Positions 49,861-59,133 of a stretch of 64,000 nt of DNA are shown one piece after another. The translations under genes and the position numbers were made by a program. The notes beneath the pieces are model-generated. The model saw only the letters and a program-made list of their open reading frames with translations, made no database searches and had not been told where the DNA came from. How positions within the stretch are numbered: the stretch's first letter is position 1; each line of letters begins with the position of its first letter. Source of the DNA: Vitreimonas sp. (GTDB lineage Bacteria > Patescibacteriota > Microgenomatia > UBA1400 > PJMF01); the NCBI GenBank assembly GCA_035627515.1, contig DASPLQ010000012.1, positions 7,269-71,268 of the forward strand, written 5' to 3'.

Positions 49861-49909
49861 GGCTAGGTCTGCAACCCCGCTCAGCGGGGCGAATCCCCTC
49901 CGTGCCTCA
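49861..49909 (+). repeat. 49-nt direct repeat, identical to 49473-49521 (3' part of the degenerate tRNA-Cys copy)
   Basis: GGCTAGGTCTGCAACCCCGCTCAGCGGGGCGAATCCCCTCCGTGCCTCA occurs at 49473-49521 and again at 49861-49909. The two copies bracket the GIY-YIG ORF plus the intact tRNA-Cys. Confidence 0.75.
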
Positions 49910-49915
49910 AGATAC

Positions 49916-50431
49916 TTAACTCGTAGCACCAAACAAAATAATATAATTGTCGATAAAAAGAATCCATCCTGAGCTCAGTGGTGATTTGAGAAAAGGTTGA
50001 GCTGAGTAGCCTTGACCTTCATATTTTAAATAATTTTCCTGAGTACGTATAAAACTCTTCCTCACTGGCAAAGGCACCCAGCTCTCCAATAAACTTTCAC
50101 TGACATATACTTCCTGAGATTTTAATTGGAAGCCCTTAATAAGCGGGGTGGTTGACTCTTCATAGCTCAACACTGCAGTAACAGCATAATCAGTTGGTCC
50201 GGGAACCATAGAAATTTTGCCTGGTTTTTCCTGTATCCACTTCACTTCATTAGCTTTGGGGAGTTTGGACAAGTCAAAATACTGATTAAGTATTTCCTTA
50301 TCATTTCTGACATTAATTTGACTATTCGAAACCTTTAAAGGGAAAGAAAAAACAGCTTGCAACAAAGCTAAGCCACTAACTAAAAGAATAATGATTAGTA
50401 AAAGAGCGTACTTTTTATTTTTAAATAACAT
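49916..50431 (-). CDS. hypothetical exported/membrane-anchored protein (171 aa)
   Basis: N-terminal hydrophobic segment KKYALLLIIILLVSGLALLQAVFS. Confidence 0.45.
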   Translation of the reverse strand: MLFKNKKYALLLIIILLVSGLALLQAVFSFPLKVSNSQINVRNDKEILNQYFDLSKLPKANEVKWIQEKPGKISMVPGPTDYAVTAVLSYEESTTPLIKGFQLKSQEVYVSESLLESWVPLPVRKSFIRTQENYLKYEGQGYSAQPFLKSPLSSGWILFIDNYIILFGATS

Positions 50432-50583
50432 CTTTTTCCTTGGAAGCCAAAAGACAAAGATATTATGATTTTGATCTAAGTTTCAGATTCAGTAACACTT
50501 AAATTTTCATCGCCGTTGTTCACTACTTCTAAATCAAACCAATCACCTGGCGAGGAGTGCAACCGCTCCGGGGAGAAATCATC

Positions 50584-50865
50584 CTAGTAATAATTTTTTC
50601 GCTTTAATTTCTCAATCTCTTGTGTTGCCAGAGCGTAAGCCAATTCTGGAATGTGGGATAGTAGTAATAAAGTTCTAAAAAAATTAGCTTTTAGAGAAAG
50701 ATCTAAGTACAAAGGTTCTTCGCTTGGAAGAGGCACAAATCCATTTAAGCTGACATCAGTTTTCCAACGGTCTTCTTTTTGATGAGCTATAGTTCTTAAT
50801 TTTTCTATCAAGAATGTTCTAACCGCCATTCGCTGATAAGGATTGTTGTCTAATGACATAAACAT
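50584..50865 (-). CDS. hypothetical protein (93 aa)
   Basis: ORF only. Confidence 0.3.
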   Translation of the reverse strand: MFMSLDNNPYQRMAVRTFLIEKLRTIAHQKEDRWKTDVSLNGFVPLPSEEPLYLDLSLKANFFRTLLLLSHIPELAYALATQEIEKLKRKNYY

Positions 50866-50994
50866 AATTGTATTTATTTATTGTCAAAATAGAGTAATAA
50901 ACAAATATTAATCTAATAAGAATGATGGGGAAATTTTTTGGAATAGTTTTATGTGAGGAGTGCTGTGTTCCCAGAAAACTATCTTCGAGTTACC

Positions 50995-51747
50995 TCAGCT
51001 CAACACCAGTTTTGCTTCTTCGTGCAAATCTGTTAAAGCTTTTTGAAGGTCTGTGTCAATTTTTGATTGATCCGTCTCTATATTTAGGGAATCAAGACGA
51101 GTAAGTAAACTTGCCCAGTTTTCAATAAATCTGTAGAACGATAGTTTGTAATACAAGACATCAGTGAGTGCGGATTCCCCTGTAATATAAAGTGACTCTA
51201 GATTAGGTCGAGTATTTAACTTAAGCATCAAAGAAACGGGAAATTGACGAGCTTTATAACTGATAGTACTTCGATAATCATCAAAGTTAACAATTCTTTT
51301 ATATTGATGATGATCTATCTGTCTGCATTTTTGGTTTACTTGCTGTGGCAATCCCGGATACTTTCTAAGTATCTCATCTGCAGCTGAGTTATTTGAAGTA
51401 GTGCTCCAAGCATGAGGTGGTATTAATTTGCCCCCAATTGTTCTAAAGGTGGGTCGGGGAGTGCGACCAAAGTCTCTTCTATAAAGCCACCAATTCTCTT
51501 GGCTGTTAAAACGGATAATATCAATTGCATCTAAATTTTTAATAAAACAGCTTAAAAAGAAATTACTAATCTCAGCGCTCGCACCCGATAGAATTAAACA
51601 TTGGGGATCAAATTCAGAAATTCTGTCACTCGCCACTGCTCCTGCTTGTTGCCAGGCTTCTTTATGCAGTTTGACTTTGAGCATGGTTCGCGGGTTTATA
51701 AACACCCCTTCAATTTTTTTTACTAATTCTGGACTGAGTTTCATCAT
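50995..51747 (-). CDS. hypothetical protein (250 aa)
   Basis: ORF with no recognised motifs. Confidence 0.45.
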   Translation of the reverse strand: MMKLSPELVKKIEGVFINPRTMLKVKLHKEAWQQAGAVASDRISEFDPQCLILSGASAEISNFFLSCFIKNLDAIDIIRFNSQENWWLYRRDFGRTPRPTFRTIGGKLIPPHAWSTTSNNSAADEILRKYPGLPQQVNQKCRQIDHHQYKRIVNFDDYRSTISYKARQFPVSLMLKLNTRPNLESLYITGESALTDVLYYKLSFYRFIENWASLLTRLDSLNIETDQSKIDTDLQKALTDLHEEAKLVLS

Positions 51748-51927
51748 TTTTCAGAGGATTAATAAAATTTTTAGTCACCGCCTATTCTAACAAAACTTAC
51801 CCAGCTCATAACACCGAAAACATAGTGCCATTTTTTTATTTATACCCTCCATCTCAAAACAAAATATCATCCTCACCAATAAAATGCTGCTTCATGATTA
51901 GCCGTAGTATAATGTGCACCTTGATTT

Positions 51928-53064
51928 ATGAAAGAACTCAAAAGAAGTGTTGAACAAAATGAGATCAGTCGAAGAACTTTCTTAAAGTGTTTAGGTTTGG
52001 GCGTAGCTATGGCAGCTAATCTCATACCAATGCTTGAAAACTCTCAAGCTGCACATGCCCAAGCTGAAGTGCTAGACGCTCAAACCTATGAGCAACTCAC
52101 TGAGATCCTAGGCTTTGAAGCAGAGTTTGTCTCACCTTGGGAAGTAGTTTCACCTGCCGTTCATATTATTCCTCACTACCTTCAGGATATAAATAATCCT
52201 TCTGATGATTTATTCGCATTGCGTGCAACAGGGTCACTTTCGGAGGACGGTCGGGTTTTGGGGGTGCTACATACTGGCATTGGGTTAATGGCTGAAACTC
52301 ACCAAGCTGCAAATTATCTGCTTGGTATTAATGGGGCTTTTGTTGACCAGCATTCTTTACAAGCTACCTTTCCCACAGCAATTAGAACTTCCAACGGCCA
52401 ACAAATGATTGATTTTCGATTGAATAAAGATGCCTCACTGGGTGTAGCTGAAAATTGGGGCAAGTACCATCCGCACAGTAGAGAGTATCATTGCCAATCA
52501 GCTAGCCACCCAAATACACCTAATAACGCTAATAATTTAGGCTTGAATCCCGATGTTCCCATGGTAACTATGAATTCTCAACCTGATTATGTAATCAATG
52601 CCTTAAAGGGCAAGCTCCCTTTTGTGAAACCATTTACCAGATATAAAGACCTCTTTAAACTTGCCCAAGGTAGAAATGACTTAGCCGTATTAGGAATTGC
52701 GATGCCTGTGGATGCTCCACCTATTGTAAGCATAGCAACCCAATCAGAGCAGTATGCTGAAATGATCAAAATTTTGCCTATTCCTGAGCTTTATAATCCA
52801 AACTATTGTATTGATGGTACTCAATATCCACGATGGAAAGCCTATGAAGGGTATTCAGGATCACCGGTTATTCCTGGACTTAAAATAAATAATCAAGTGT
52901 ACCTAATTCGTGATAAAAATAACCCAAACACCTTGCCTGCAGGAGCACTTCTTTCATTACGTAATGATCGAGGACGAACAGCAAATGAAAATTGTGAGCC
53001 TATCGAAGATGAATATGGACGTGAATTTGAAATGTTTGCTACCCAATTCTGGCCTGCTTGCTAG
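51928..53064 (+). CDS. Tat-exported trypsin-like serine protease candidate (V8/glutamyl-endopeptidase-like)
   Basis: Twin-arginine signal SRRTFLKCLGLGVAMAA...AHAQA. GYSGSPVIPG resembles the GDSGGP / GNSGSPV catalytic-serine motif. A candidate His lies in LGVLHTGIG. Confidence 0.45.
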   Translation: MKELKRSVEQNEISRRTFLKCLGLGVAMAANLIPMLENSQAAHAQAEVLDAQTYEQLTEILGFEAEFVSPWEVVSPAVHIIPHYLQDINNPSDDLFALRATGSLSEDGRVLGVLHTGIGLMAETHQAANYLLGINGAFVDQHSLQATFPTAIRTSNGQQMIDFRLNKDASLGVAENWGKYHPHSREYHCQSASHPNTPNNANNLGLNPDVPMVTMNSQPDYVINALKGKLPFVKPFTRYKDLFKLAQGRNDLAVLGIAMPVDAPPIVSIATQSEQYAEMIKILPIPELYNPNYCIDGTQYPRWKAYEGYSGSPVIPGLKINNQVYLIRDKNNPNTLPAGALLSLRNDRGRTANENCEPIEDEYGREFEMFATQFWPAC

Positions 53065-53106
53065 CACCTTTTATTCTCACTATATTTCTTGTATATACTA
53101 TATTGA

Positions 53107-53853
53107 ATGCAAGAAGATTCTTACTTTTCTCCCTTTGCACATCCGGCTAATCGTAACGAGAGTACAGCTTCTGAAGAGAGAGCTCATAAAGTTCCCGAGG
53201 TTGCAGTATCTAAACCTATTCCTATAGAGGATCCTACTCGTCCCGGCAGAGAAGTGTTAGTTTGTCCCTATCCTGCAGCAATCTCAGTTGAAGAATGGGA
53301 CAAATATGTTAAACCCAGTGATCGCGTAGCAGTAGTGGAGCTAGAGCCAGACGGAAAACCTTGCTTGATTCTCAATGGCCCCGGACATAGTGATTGTTAT
53401 GCCATAGCTCAAAAAGCTGGACTTAGCATTTTTACTGATCATTCTCCTGCCCTGATTACAGCCCCTTTTGACGACAAAAACAGTACTAATAAGGTGAGGG
53501 GTATTCAAATTAATAATGCCACAATTTTCAGAGGTGAAACTTTTGCCAAAATGGTATTAAAAATGGTTCCTCAGGAAAGAAAAGAAGCCCAAGTCAAACT
53601 AGAAAGTGGTGAGTACGACAAAGTGATTTTCTCCAAGACAGTCGGTGAAGATACATTTGAATTAAAAGCTCCTACCCGAACTGATTTATTTGATAGAGAG
53701 AAGATGTATCAAGCAGCTCTACCAAATATGATCCAACTCCGGACGTGGGCCAGAAAAGATCCAGTGACAGGACACATCGTTCATCGATATCAAGCGCCAG
53801 GATTTTCGCAAATGTACAATGAGACCTCACCACTGTCTGCATCTGTAAGGTAA
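53107..53853 (+). CDS. hypothetical protein (248 aa)
   Basis: ORF only. Confidence 0.4.
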   Translation: MQEDSYFSPFAHPANRNESTASEERAHKVPEVAVSKPIPIEDPTRPGREVLVCPYPAAISVEEWDKYVKPSDRVAVVELEPDGKPCLILNGPGHSDCYAIAQKAGLSIFTDHSPALITAPFDDKNSTNKVRGIQINNATIFRGETFAKMVLKMVPQERKEAQVKLESGEYDKVIFSKTVGEDTFELKAPTRTDLFDREKMYQAALPNMIQLRTWARKDPVTGHIVHRYQAPGFSQMYNETSPLSASVR

Positions 53854-53903
53854 AGTTATCTGCAAAGCACCTTTGCAGCGGAAGTGTCTGAAAGCACTTA
53901 GTC

Positions 53904-54326
53904 TTACTCCAAGCTCGTATCTATTACTTTATCATTCTTAATCAATTCACGCTTATCTTCACCTGTGGGCACGAAGCGAAAAACAATAAATTTCACCACT
54001 TCAGAACTGGAGTTAATAAAGGTGTGAGGTGTATTTTCTACTTCCACCACATCACCTACACTCATCACTCGCATATGTTTTTGTCCAGCCTCATCCACCC
54101 AGTGCGCTTCGATTTCACCGGCCATCACATACAGCGTTTCTGAAATTTGACGGTGATGATGCCATTGTTGGACCGTGCCGGGTTTAATTTCGTTATAGTG
54201 CAGTTCGTATTCCGGAAAAATATAGTAGTCTACTGAAGAGCCTTCAACTTTATCGACATGGATAGCGGCCTGCTTGGGAATAATTTTCATACCGCTAGTA
54301 TACAGCGCTAAAGTATCAAATTTCAA
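53904..54326 (-). CDS. cupin-domain protein (140 aa)
   Basis: Two-motif cupin signature (G.V.QWHHH...E.LYV..G and G..V....TPH.F.N). Confidence 0.6.
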   Translation of the reverse strand: MKFDTLALYTSGMKIIPKQAAIHVDKVEGSSVDYYIFPEYELHYNEIKPGTVQQWHHHRQISETLYVMAGEIEAHWVDEAGQKHMRVMSVGDVVEVENTPHTFINSSSEVVKFIVFRFVPTGEDKRELIKNDKVIDTSLE

Positions 54327-54374
54327 AATTAATAATACACATTGGCTACTTATTAAGTTACAATTTCTACACTT

Positions 54375-55157
54375 ATGATAACAACAGAAAATTCAGCCAC
54401 TTTTTTCCTTAACCCCGAACATAGCAACTCTTATTTACGAGAAATATCTCAATTGATGGTCACCGCTAACCTTGAAGAATTTAGTCATTTTTTGACCACA
54501 TTATGTGAGATCAGACAGGAGAACAATCAGCCTGTGGTGGGTTTTAGCCATGAACATACAATGAGCACGTTTAATAATGCTCATTCTCATGAGGTTCAGC
54601 ATCTGAAACACATGGAACAAATAATTCATTTAAAGTTCTTCATTCAGGAGTTTGCAAATTGTGCCAATATCATGATTGGTTATGCCGGTATGTGGCCAGA
54701 CTTTAGTGATGGAGAAAAGGTATCATTTGCTCCGATGATTAATAAATATTTATCGCGATTAGTAGTAGCCTTACCCCAACTAAACCATATTCTTACTTTT
54801 GTGGACGCACAACACTTGGTTGAGTTTTATAAAGAAGCCCCGCTGTCTCAATTTAGCGTAGATCACTTTTTACAGTTGAACAGTATTAGGGAGTTGCAAG
54901 GTAACGTCACTCAGACGGCTAAAAGCATTATTAAATCGCTTTCAGTAATCAGCTCAAATGAGGCAGAAATTGATCAAGAAAAAGTGGCAATAGTGCTTGC
55001 GCAAGCTGAGCAGATAGTAAACTGGGCCGAGAGCAGCATCGAACAGATTGATCTAAGCAAAAAATATAATGAAATTGTTTTACTTTCTGGTCGAAAAAAA
55101 GCTCAGCGTATAGAACGCCAGAGAGCTGAGAAAGAAAGCAAAAACGCTCAGAATTAA
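54375..55157 (+). CDS. hypothetical protein (260 aa)
   Basis: ORF only, with a basic and coiled C-terminus. Confidence 0.4.
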   Translation: MITTENSATFFLNPEHSNSYLREISQLMVTANLEEFSHFLTTLCEIRQENNQPVVGFSHEHTMSTFNNAHSHEVQHLKHMEQIIHLKFFIQEFANCANIMIGYAGMWPDFSDGEKVSFAPMINKYLSRLVVALPQLNHILTFVDAQHLVEFYKEAPLSQFSVDHFLQLNSIRELQGNVTQTAKSIIKSLSVISSNEAEIDQEKVAIVLAQAEQIVNWAESSIEQIDLSKKYNEIVLLSGRKKAQRIERQRAEKESKNAQN

Positions 55158-55963
55158 TTAATCTTCACAAACGGCGTATTAGTGCCAGTCATGTAGGTAG
55201 GCAAGCGGCCGTCCCATTTTTCAATGGCGCGGAGCTCAATGACTTGAGGATTGGAACTCAAAGCCACACCTTCGATACGTTGCGCTTCGGCTTTACCTTT
55301 GGCAGCAGCCACTTGTTGCTCAGCTTCATACTTAACTTGTTCAAGTTTATTTTTGGCGGCCAAAGCATTTTGCTCAGCGGTGACTTTTTCTTCGATAGCC
55401 CGATTAAAAGAAGCAGAAAAGTCAAAATCAACGATGTTTAAATCAGAGACAGTCAAACCTTCAGTGGTTAACCGATTGCGTAACTCAGTTAAGATTTGGT
55501 CACTGACTTCACCACGTTTAGTAATTAACTCTTCAGCAGTAAAACGAGCTGTAACAGACTTTACCGATTCTTGGATGGCAGGGGAGATCAGGCGTTCACG
55601 ATACCCTTCACCGACATTTTGGTAAAGTTGGACCACTTGATTAGGGTTGACGGCGTAATTAACAGCCACCACTGAAGATACTGATTGTAAATCTTTAGAA
55701 GCCGCAGTAGCAGAAACTTCTTCTTTTTGAATCCGAACTTCAATATTTTTGTTACCTTCTACAAAAGGGATACGGAAGTGAATACCTTCACCACGTAATT
55801 GACCAGTAATAGCTCCAAAGCGAGTCACCACACCGCGATGACCAACGGGGACCATTACGATGGGATTGGCAATCACAAACAACAGCCAGGCTACAAATAA
55901 GCCTAAACCAAGTTTCAAAACATTTAACTGACCAACACGAGTCAAAAGGGTATCATTTTGCAT
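55154..55963 (-). CDS. SPFH/band-7 (prohibitin/HflC-like) membrane protein
   Basis: N-terminal TM segment, then VPVGHRGVVTRFG...EG.HF.IPFV, typical of SPFH domains, and an Ala/Glu-rich coiled-coil C-terminus. Confidence 0.7.
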   Translation of the reverse strand: MQNDTLLTRVGQLNVLKLGLGLFVAWLLFVIANPIVMVPVGHRGVVTRFGAITGQLRGEGIHFRIPFVEGNKNIEVRIQKEEVSATAASKDLQSVSSVVAVNYAVNPNQVVQLYQNVGEGYRERLISPAIQESVKSVTARFTAEELITKRGEVSDQILTELRNRLTTEGLTVSDLNIVDFDFSASFNRAIEEKVTAEQNALAAKNKLEQVKYEAEQQVAAAKGKAEAQRIEGVALSSNPQVIELRAIEKWDGRLPTYMTGTNTPFVKIN

Positions 55964-56013
55964 GACCCAATTATAACCCGAACAGCTATGTTTTGCAAGT
56001 TATAGGCTTAAAA

Positions 56014-56835
56014 TTAAATCGGCTTGATCTCAAACTCGGTGCCACCTTCTGGATAGTCAAACCGCACAGAGGCAGTTTTTTCTTTCATATGATGCACGCG
56101 TAAGAAGAACTCAATGAACGGATCATCATAACCAGATGAACCGGCATTAACTGCTAATACACCCCGAGGCACTGTGAAACCGCCTTTGGCGATCACACCT
56201 AACATACTGACCCCATTCAAAATCACTTGGACTTTGTCACCGGCTTTGAGCTTCATTTTATCAATGTCGGATTGACGCATGGTGGTTTTGATGTTGCCAA
56301 AACCGTCAGTCCAGGCTGTTAAGTTATGAGGAATGTCGGGGATTTCATTGACGTCGAGTTCTCGGGTCAATACCGAGCGATCGCCATCGATCAAGCGGGC
56401 CACACGCTCGGGGAAGAAGTCACGAGAGCGGAACTGTGAACCTTCCGCTGGGCAATCAATGTCACGGAACTCCACAATGTGTTTTTTCACAAAGCCAAAT
56501 GCATACTCTGAGTACACATTAATAATCTCGACGCCATTATCTAACCGAGCATACTTAATACCATGATCAATATTATTTTTCATGGCTTTGCTGGTATCGC
56601 GACGAGGCGCAGCATTGCCGTAAATAAATTTCTTACCCTTGTGAGGAGCAAAGGCCACTTGAGCAGTCACAAAGCCCACTGCCATGGTGTCCAAAGAGGG
56701 CACAGAGGTAGGGTGAATCCGCACTCCGTGCGGCTTGCTCAGGTTATATTGGAGCATGTTACTAATTTCGGCAAACTCCAAGCCGTTGGGGGCGTAATCA
56801 CAGATTACGTGTAAAATGATCGAGTCTTGTGACAT
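56014..56835 (-). CDS. DUF62 / SAM hydroxide adenosyltransferase-like protein (candidate)
   Basis: The C-terminal TDGFGNIKTT resembles the DHFGNLITN motif of SAM hydrolase / fluorinase-like proteins. Size is 273 aa. Confidence 0.45.
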   Translation of the reverse strand: MSQDSIILHVICDYAPNGLEFAEISNMLQYNLSKPHGVRIHPTSVPSLDTMAVGFVTAQVAFAPHKGKKFIYGNAAPRRDTSKAMKNNIDHGIKYARLDNGVEIINVYSEYAFGFVKKHIVEFRDIDCPAEGSQFRSRDFFPERVARLIDGDRSVLTRELDVNEIPDIPHNLTAWTDGFGNIKTTMRQSDIDKMKLKAGDKVQVILNGVSMLGVIAKGGFTVPRGVLAVNAGSSGYDDPFIEFFLRVHHMKEKTASVRFDYPEGGTEFEIKPI

Positions 56836-56962
56836 AGTGTCTCGTAAGCTCTTGAGTAATTGTTAGTAAGACCGTTGCGCAACGTACTCAGTTTTGCACA
56901 ACGACCTCTCGATTCTAAACCTTCTATCTGGTTTTGCCAATCTACAGTGTATAATCGCCACC

Positions 56963-58006
56963 ATGCCTAAAACCTCAACACCAAAAACCAAATCAGCCGC
57001 TGCACATGATCACAGTCATCACGATCACGACCATAACCATGATCATGACCACAGTCATGCTCCTGCTGCGTCTCAAAATACTGCCATCGGCCCTAATACC
57101 GTCATCAAACTGACCTTAGCGTGGAAAACCGTGGAACCGGTCTATACCAAAATCCGCCAGCGCTTAGCTCAACGCGTCAAGTTACCAGGCTTTCGAGCTG
57201 GCAAAGCCCCCACTGCGTTAGCAGAAGGCGCCGTTGGTCAGGAAAAAATTCTCGATGCCGTTTTAGAGCAGCTTTTACCAGCGGTTTACACCGAAGCCGT
57301 CACTAAAGCCAAAAAAGTTCCGCTCACTAACCCTGATATCAAGCCGATCAGTCTTCACATTGGCCAAGACTGGGAGCTCGAAGCTCAAATTGCTGAAGCA
57401 CCAGAGGTTAAACTAGGTGATTATAAAAAAATTGTTACAGAAGCTAAAAAAGAAGCCGCCAAGCAAGTTGCTGAAATAGAGAAAAAACAAGCAGAAGAGA
57501 GTAAAAAAACCACTTCTAAAGATAAAAAGGGGAGTGCTGACACTCAAACTCCACCAGCACCTACTACCCGACCTTTGACCGATGATGACAAAAAAGAGCT
57601 CAATTTACGAGCCATTTTTGCTCACTTGATCCGCACAATCAATCCTACCGTACCTGAGTTGTTAGTTAGAGAAGAGACCCGTCATGATCTGCACCACTTG
57701 GTAGAAAAACTCGAACAGCTCAAACTCAGCTTAGACGAGTATCTGACTCGCCGCGGAATGACGTTTGAACAGCTGTCGGGTGAGTTAGCTGCCACGGCAT
57801 TGGCTCGGATTCAACTGGACTTCATTTTGAGTACCATTTCAAACACCGAAAAAATAGTACCGACCGATGCTGATGTCGAAGCGCAAATTCAAAAGATCCA
57901 AGATGAGAAATTACGCGCCGAACAAGCTCAAAATGACGAGTACCGTCGCTACGTAAAAGGTGTCTTAACCCGCCAGCACACGGTTGATTTTTTGGCACAA
58001 CTCTAA
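56963..58006 (+). CDS. tig: trigger factor-like chaperone with a His-rich N-terminal extension, apparently lacking the PPIase domain
   Basis: TF ribosome-binding signature LPGFRAGKAP, with a C-terminal arm-domain-like region. The N-terminal extension contains HDHSHHDHDHNHDHDHSH. Between the N and C domains there is a low-complexity K/E/T/P linker instead of an FKBP domain. TATAAT lies 7 nt upstream of the ATG. Confidence 0.6.
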   Translation: MPKTSTPKTKSAAAHDHSHHDHDHNHDHDHSHAPAASQNTAIGPNTVIKLTLAWKTVEPVYTKIRQRLAQRVKLPGFRAGKAPTALAEGAVGQEKILDAVLEQLLPAVYTEAVTKAKKVPLTNPDIKPISLHIGQDWELEAQIAEAPEVKLGDYKKIVTEAKKEAAKQVAEIEKKQAEESKKTTSKDKKGSADTQTPPAPTTRPLTDDDKKELNLRAIFAHLIRTINPTVPELLVREETRHDLHHLVEKLEQLKLSLDEYLTRRGMTFEQLSGELAATALARIQLDFILSTISNTEKIVPTDADVEAQIQKIQDEKLRAEQAQNDEYRRYVKGVLTRQHTVDFLAQL

Positions 58007-58169
58007 TTGGGCGGCTCGGTCCTTCCTTTTTCCAGGCATCGTCTTACTCACCAGATGTGTAGAGCTCGCTATGCAAGGGTGGTATTTTCTGCTATAGTAC
58101 ATCCAAAGTACCCAGGCTTGACTTCTCGAGGAAAATAGCCTATAATTATTTTCTTCAAATTAATTTTGT

Positions 58170-58841
58170 ATGAGTAGCATGGCTCAATCACTACCAAACC
58201 CAGCTAAACGTTCACAACCTGTGAATCCGTTTGCGCGGGCTTTGGCGGAAACTGAGCAGGCTATGTCTGGCCCCTCCACTCAGCCCACCGATGCTTTAAA
58301 TCCCTTCAGTGATGCTTTATCTAAAACGGGTGGTAACTACGATTTTTCTCAAGGCAATGATCAAAATGCTTTAGAGCAACAACAGAAAATGATGGAAGAG
58401 CAACGCAAAAAAGAGATGATGCGTCGTAAACTCCATGATCAAATTAACCCCGTCAACACACATGAGTTATTCAGTTCTCGCGAAAAGAAAGTCAAAGAAG
58501 AAATCGATAAACTCCGCGAGGAACTCAAGATGTTGGCTAAAGACGTGGCCAAGTTCCACAAAGATGTAGAAGTGACCTTGATGACCGAGGTCGTTGATCC
58601 TGGCCAAGATGGCAAGTATTACCTTACTTTCTTCCAAAAGTTACGCACCTTCATCATGTTGTTACGCCAAAAAATCAAGAGTGCTGCCACCTGGGCAACA
58701 CAAATGCACTCCAAAAAGAGCAAGAAAAAGAAACGTAAGGGTGCAGCCGGGATGATCATCGGCGGCGCTGACCACGAAAAGACGACCACTGTCCAAGACA
58801 TGATGCACCACGAGCGCAATAGCCAATATAGTGGTGGTTAA
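58170..58841 (+). CDS. hypothetical coiled-coil protein with a basic C-terminal tail (223 aa)
   Basis: ORF with a Q/E/K-rich coiled-coil region and a KKSKKKKRKG tail. Confidence 0.4.
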   Translation: MSSMAQSLPNPAKRSQPVNPFARALAETEQAMSGPSTQPTDALNPFSDALSKTGGNYDFSQGNDQNALEQQQKMMEEQRKKEMMRRKLHDQINPVNTHELFSSREKKVKEEIDKLREELKMLAKDVAKFHKDVEVTLMTEVVDPGQDGKYYLTFFQKLRTFIMLLRQKIKSAATWATQMHSKKSKKKKRKGAAGMIIGGADHEKTTTVQDMMHHERNSQYSGG

Positions 58842-58999
58842 TGGTTAGTTATCTGCTAAGGTCCTTCTCTTAGCACCGTCAAATTTAGGCATGCCACAGA
58901 ATGACACCAAAAGATGCCCAAAAGTGAACCACAATGGCACCACAAAAATAGAGAGCTTCTAACGAACGTGCTCTCACCTCACCACTCAAACCCCACACT

Positions 59000-59027
59000 T
59001 TGATAAACGCAATTTCTCGGTTATAAT
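59000..59027 (+). promoter_or_regulatory. sigma70-like promoter for tRNA-Val (TTGATA-16-TATAAT)
   Basis: TTGATA at 59000-05, a 16-nt spacer, and TATAAT at 59022-27. The tRNA 5' end is 14 nt downstream. Confidence 0.5.
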
Positions 59028-59041
59028 CTAGGTTCTTATAC

Positions 59042-59115
59042 GGACGGTTAGCTCAGTTGGTTAGAGCGCTTCATTGACATTGAAGAGGTCACAGGTTCGA
59101 GTCCTGTATCGTCCA
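59042..59115 (+). tRNA. tRNA-Val (anticodon GAC)
   Basis: Acceptor GGACGGT/ATCGTCC with a G-U pair, D arm AGCTCAGTTGGTTAGAGC, anticodon loop TT-GAC-AT, T arm ACAGGTTCGAGTCCTGT, and discriminator A. Confidence 0.85.
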
Positions 59116-59133
59116 CCTGATGAGATCACTCAC

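Noticed and set aside
50500-50583. Short GC-rich patch (GGCGAGGAGTGCAACCGCTCCGGGGAG) considered as a small RNA or tRNA fragment
   Set aside because: It contains a short hairpin (CCGGAGCGG-like) but has no tRNA, SRP or tmRNA conserved motifs. It is too short to call.
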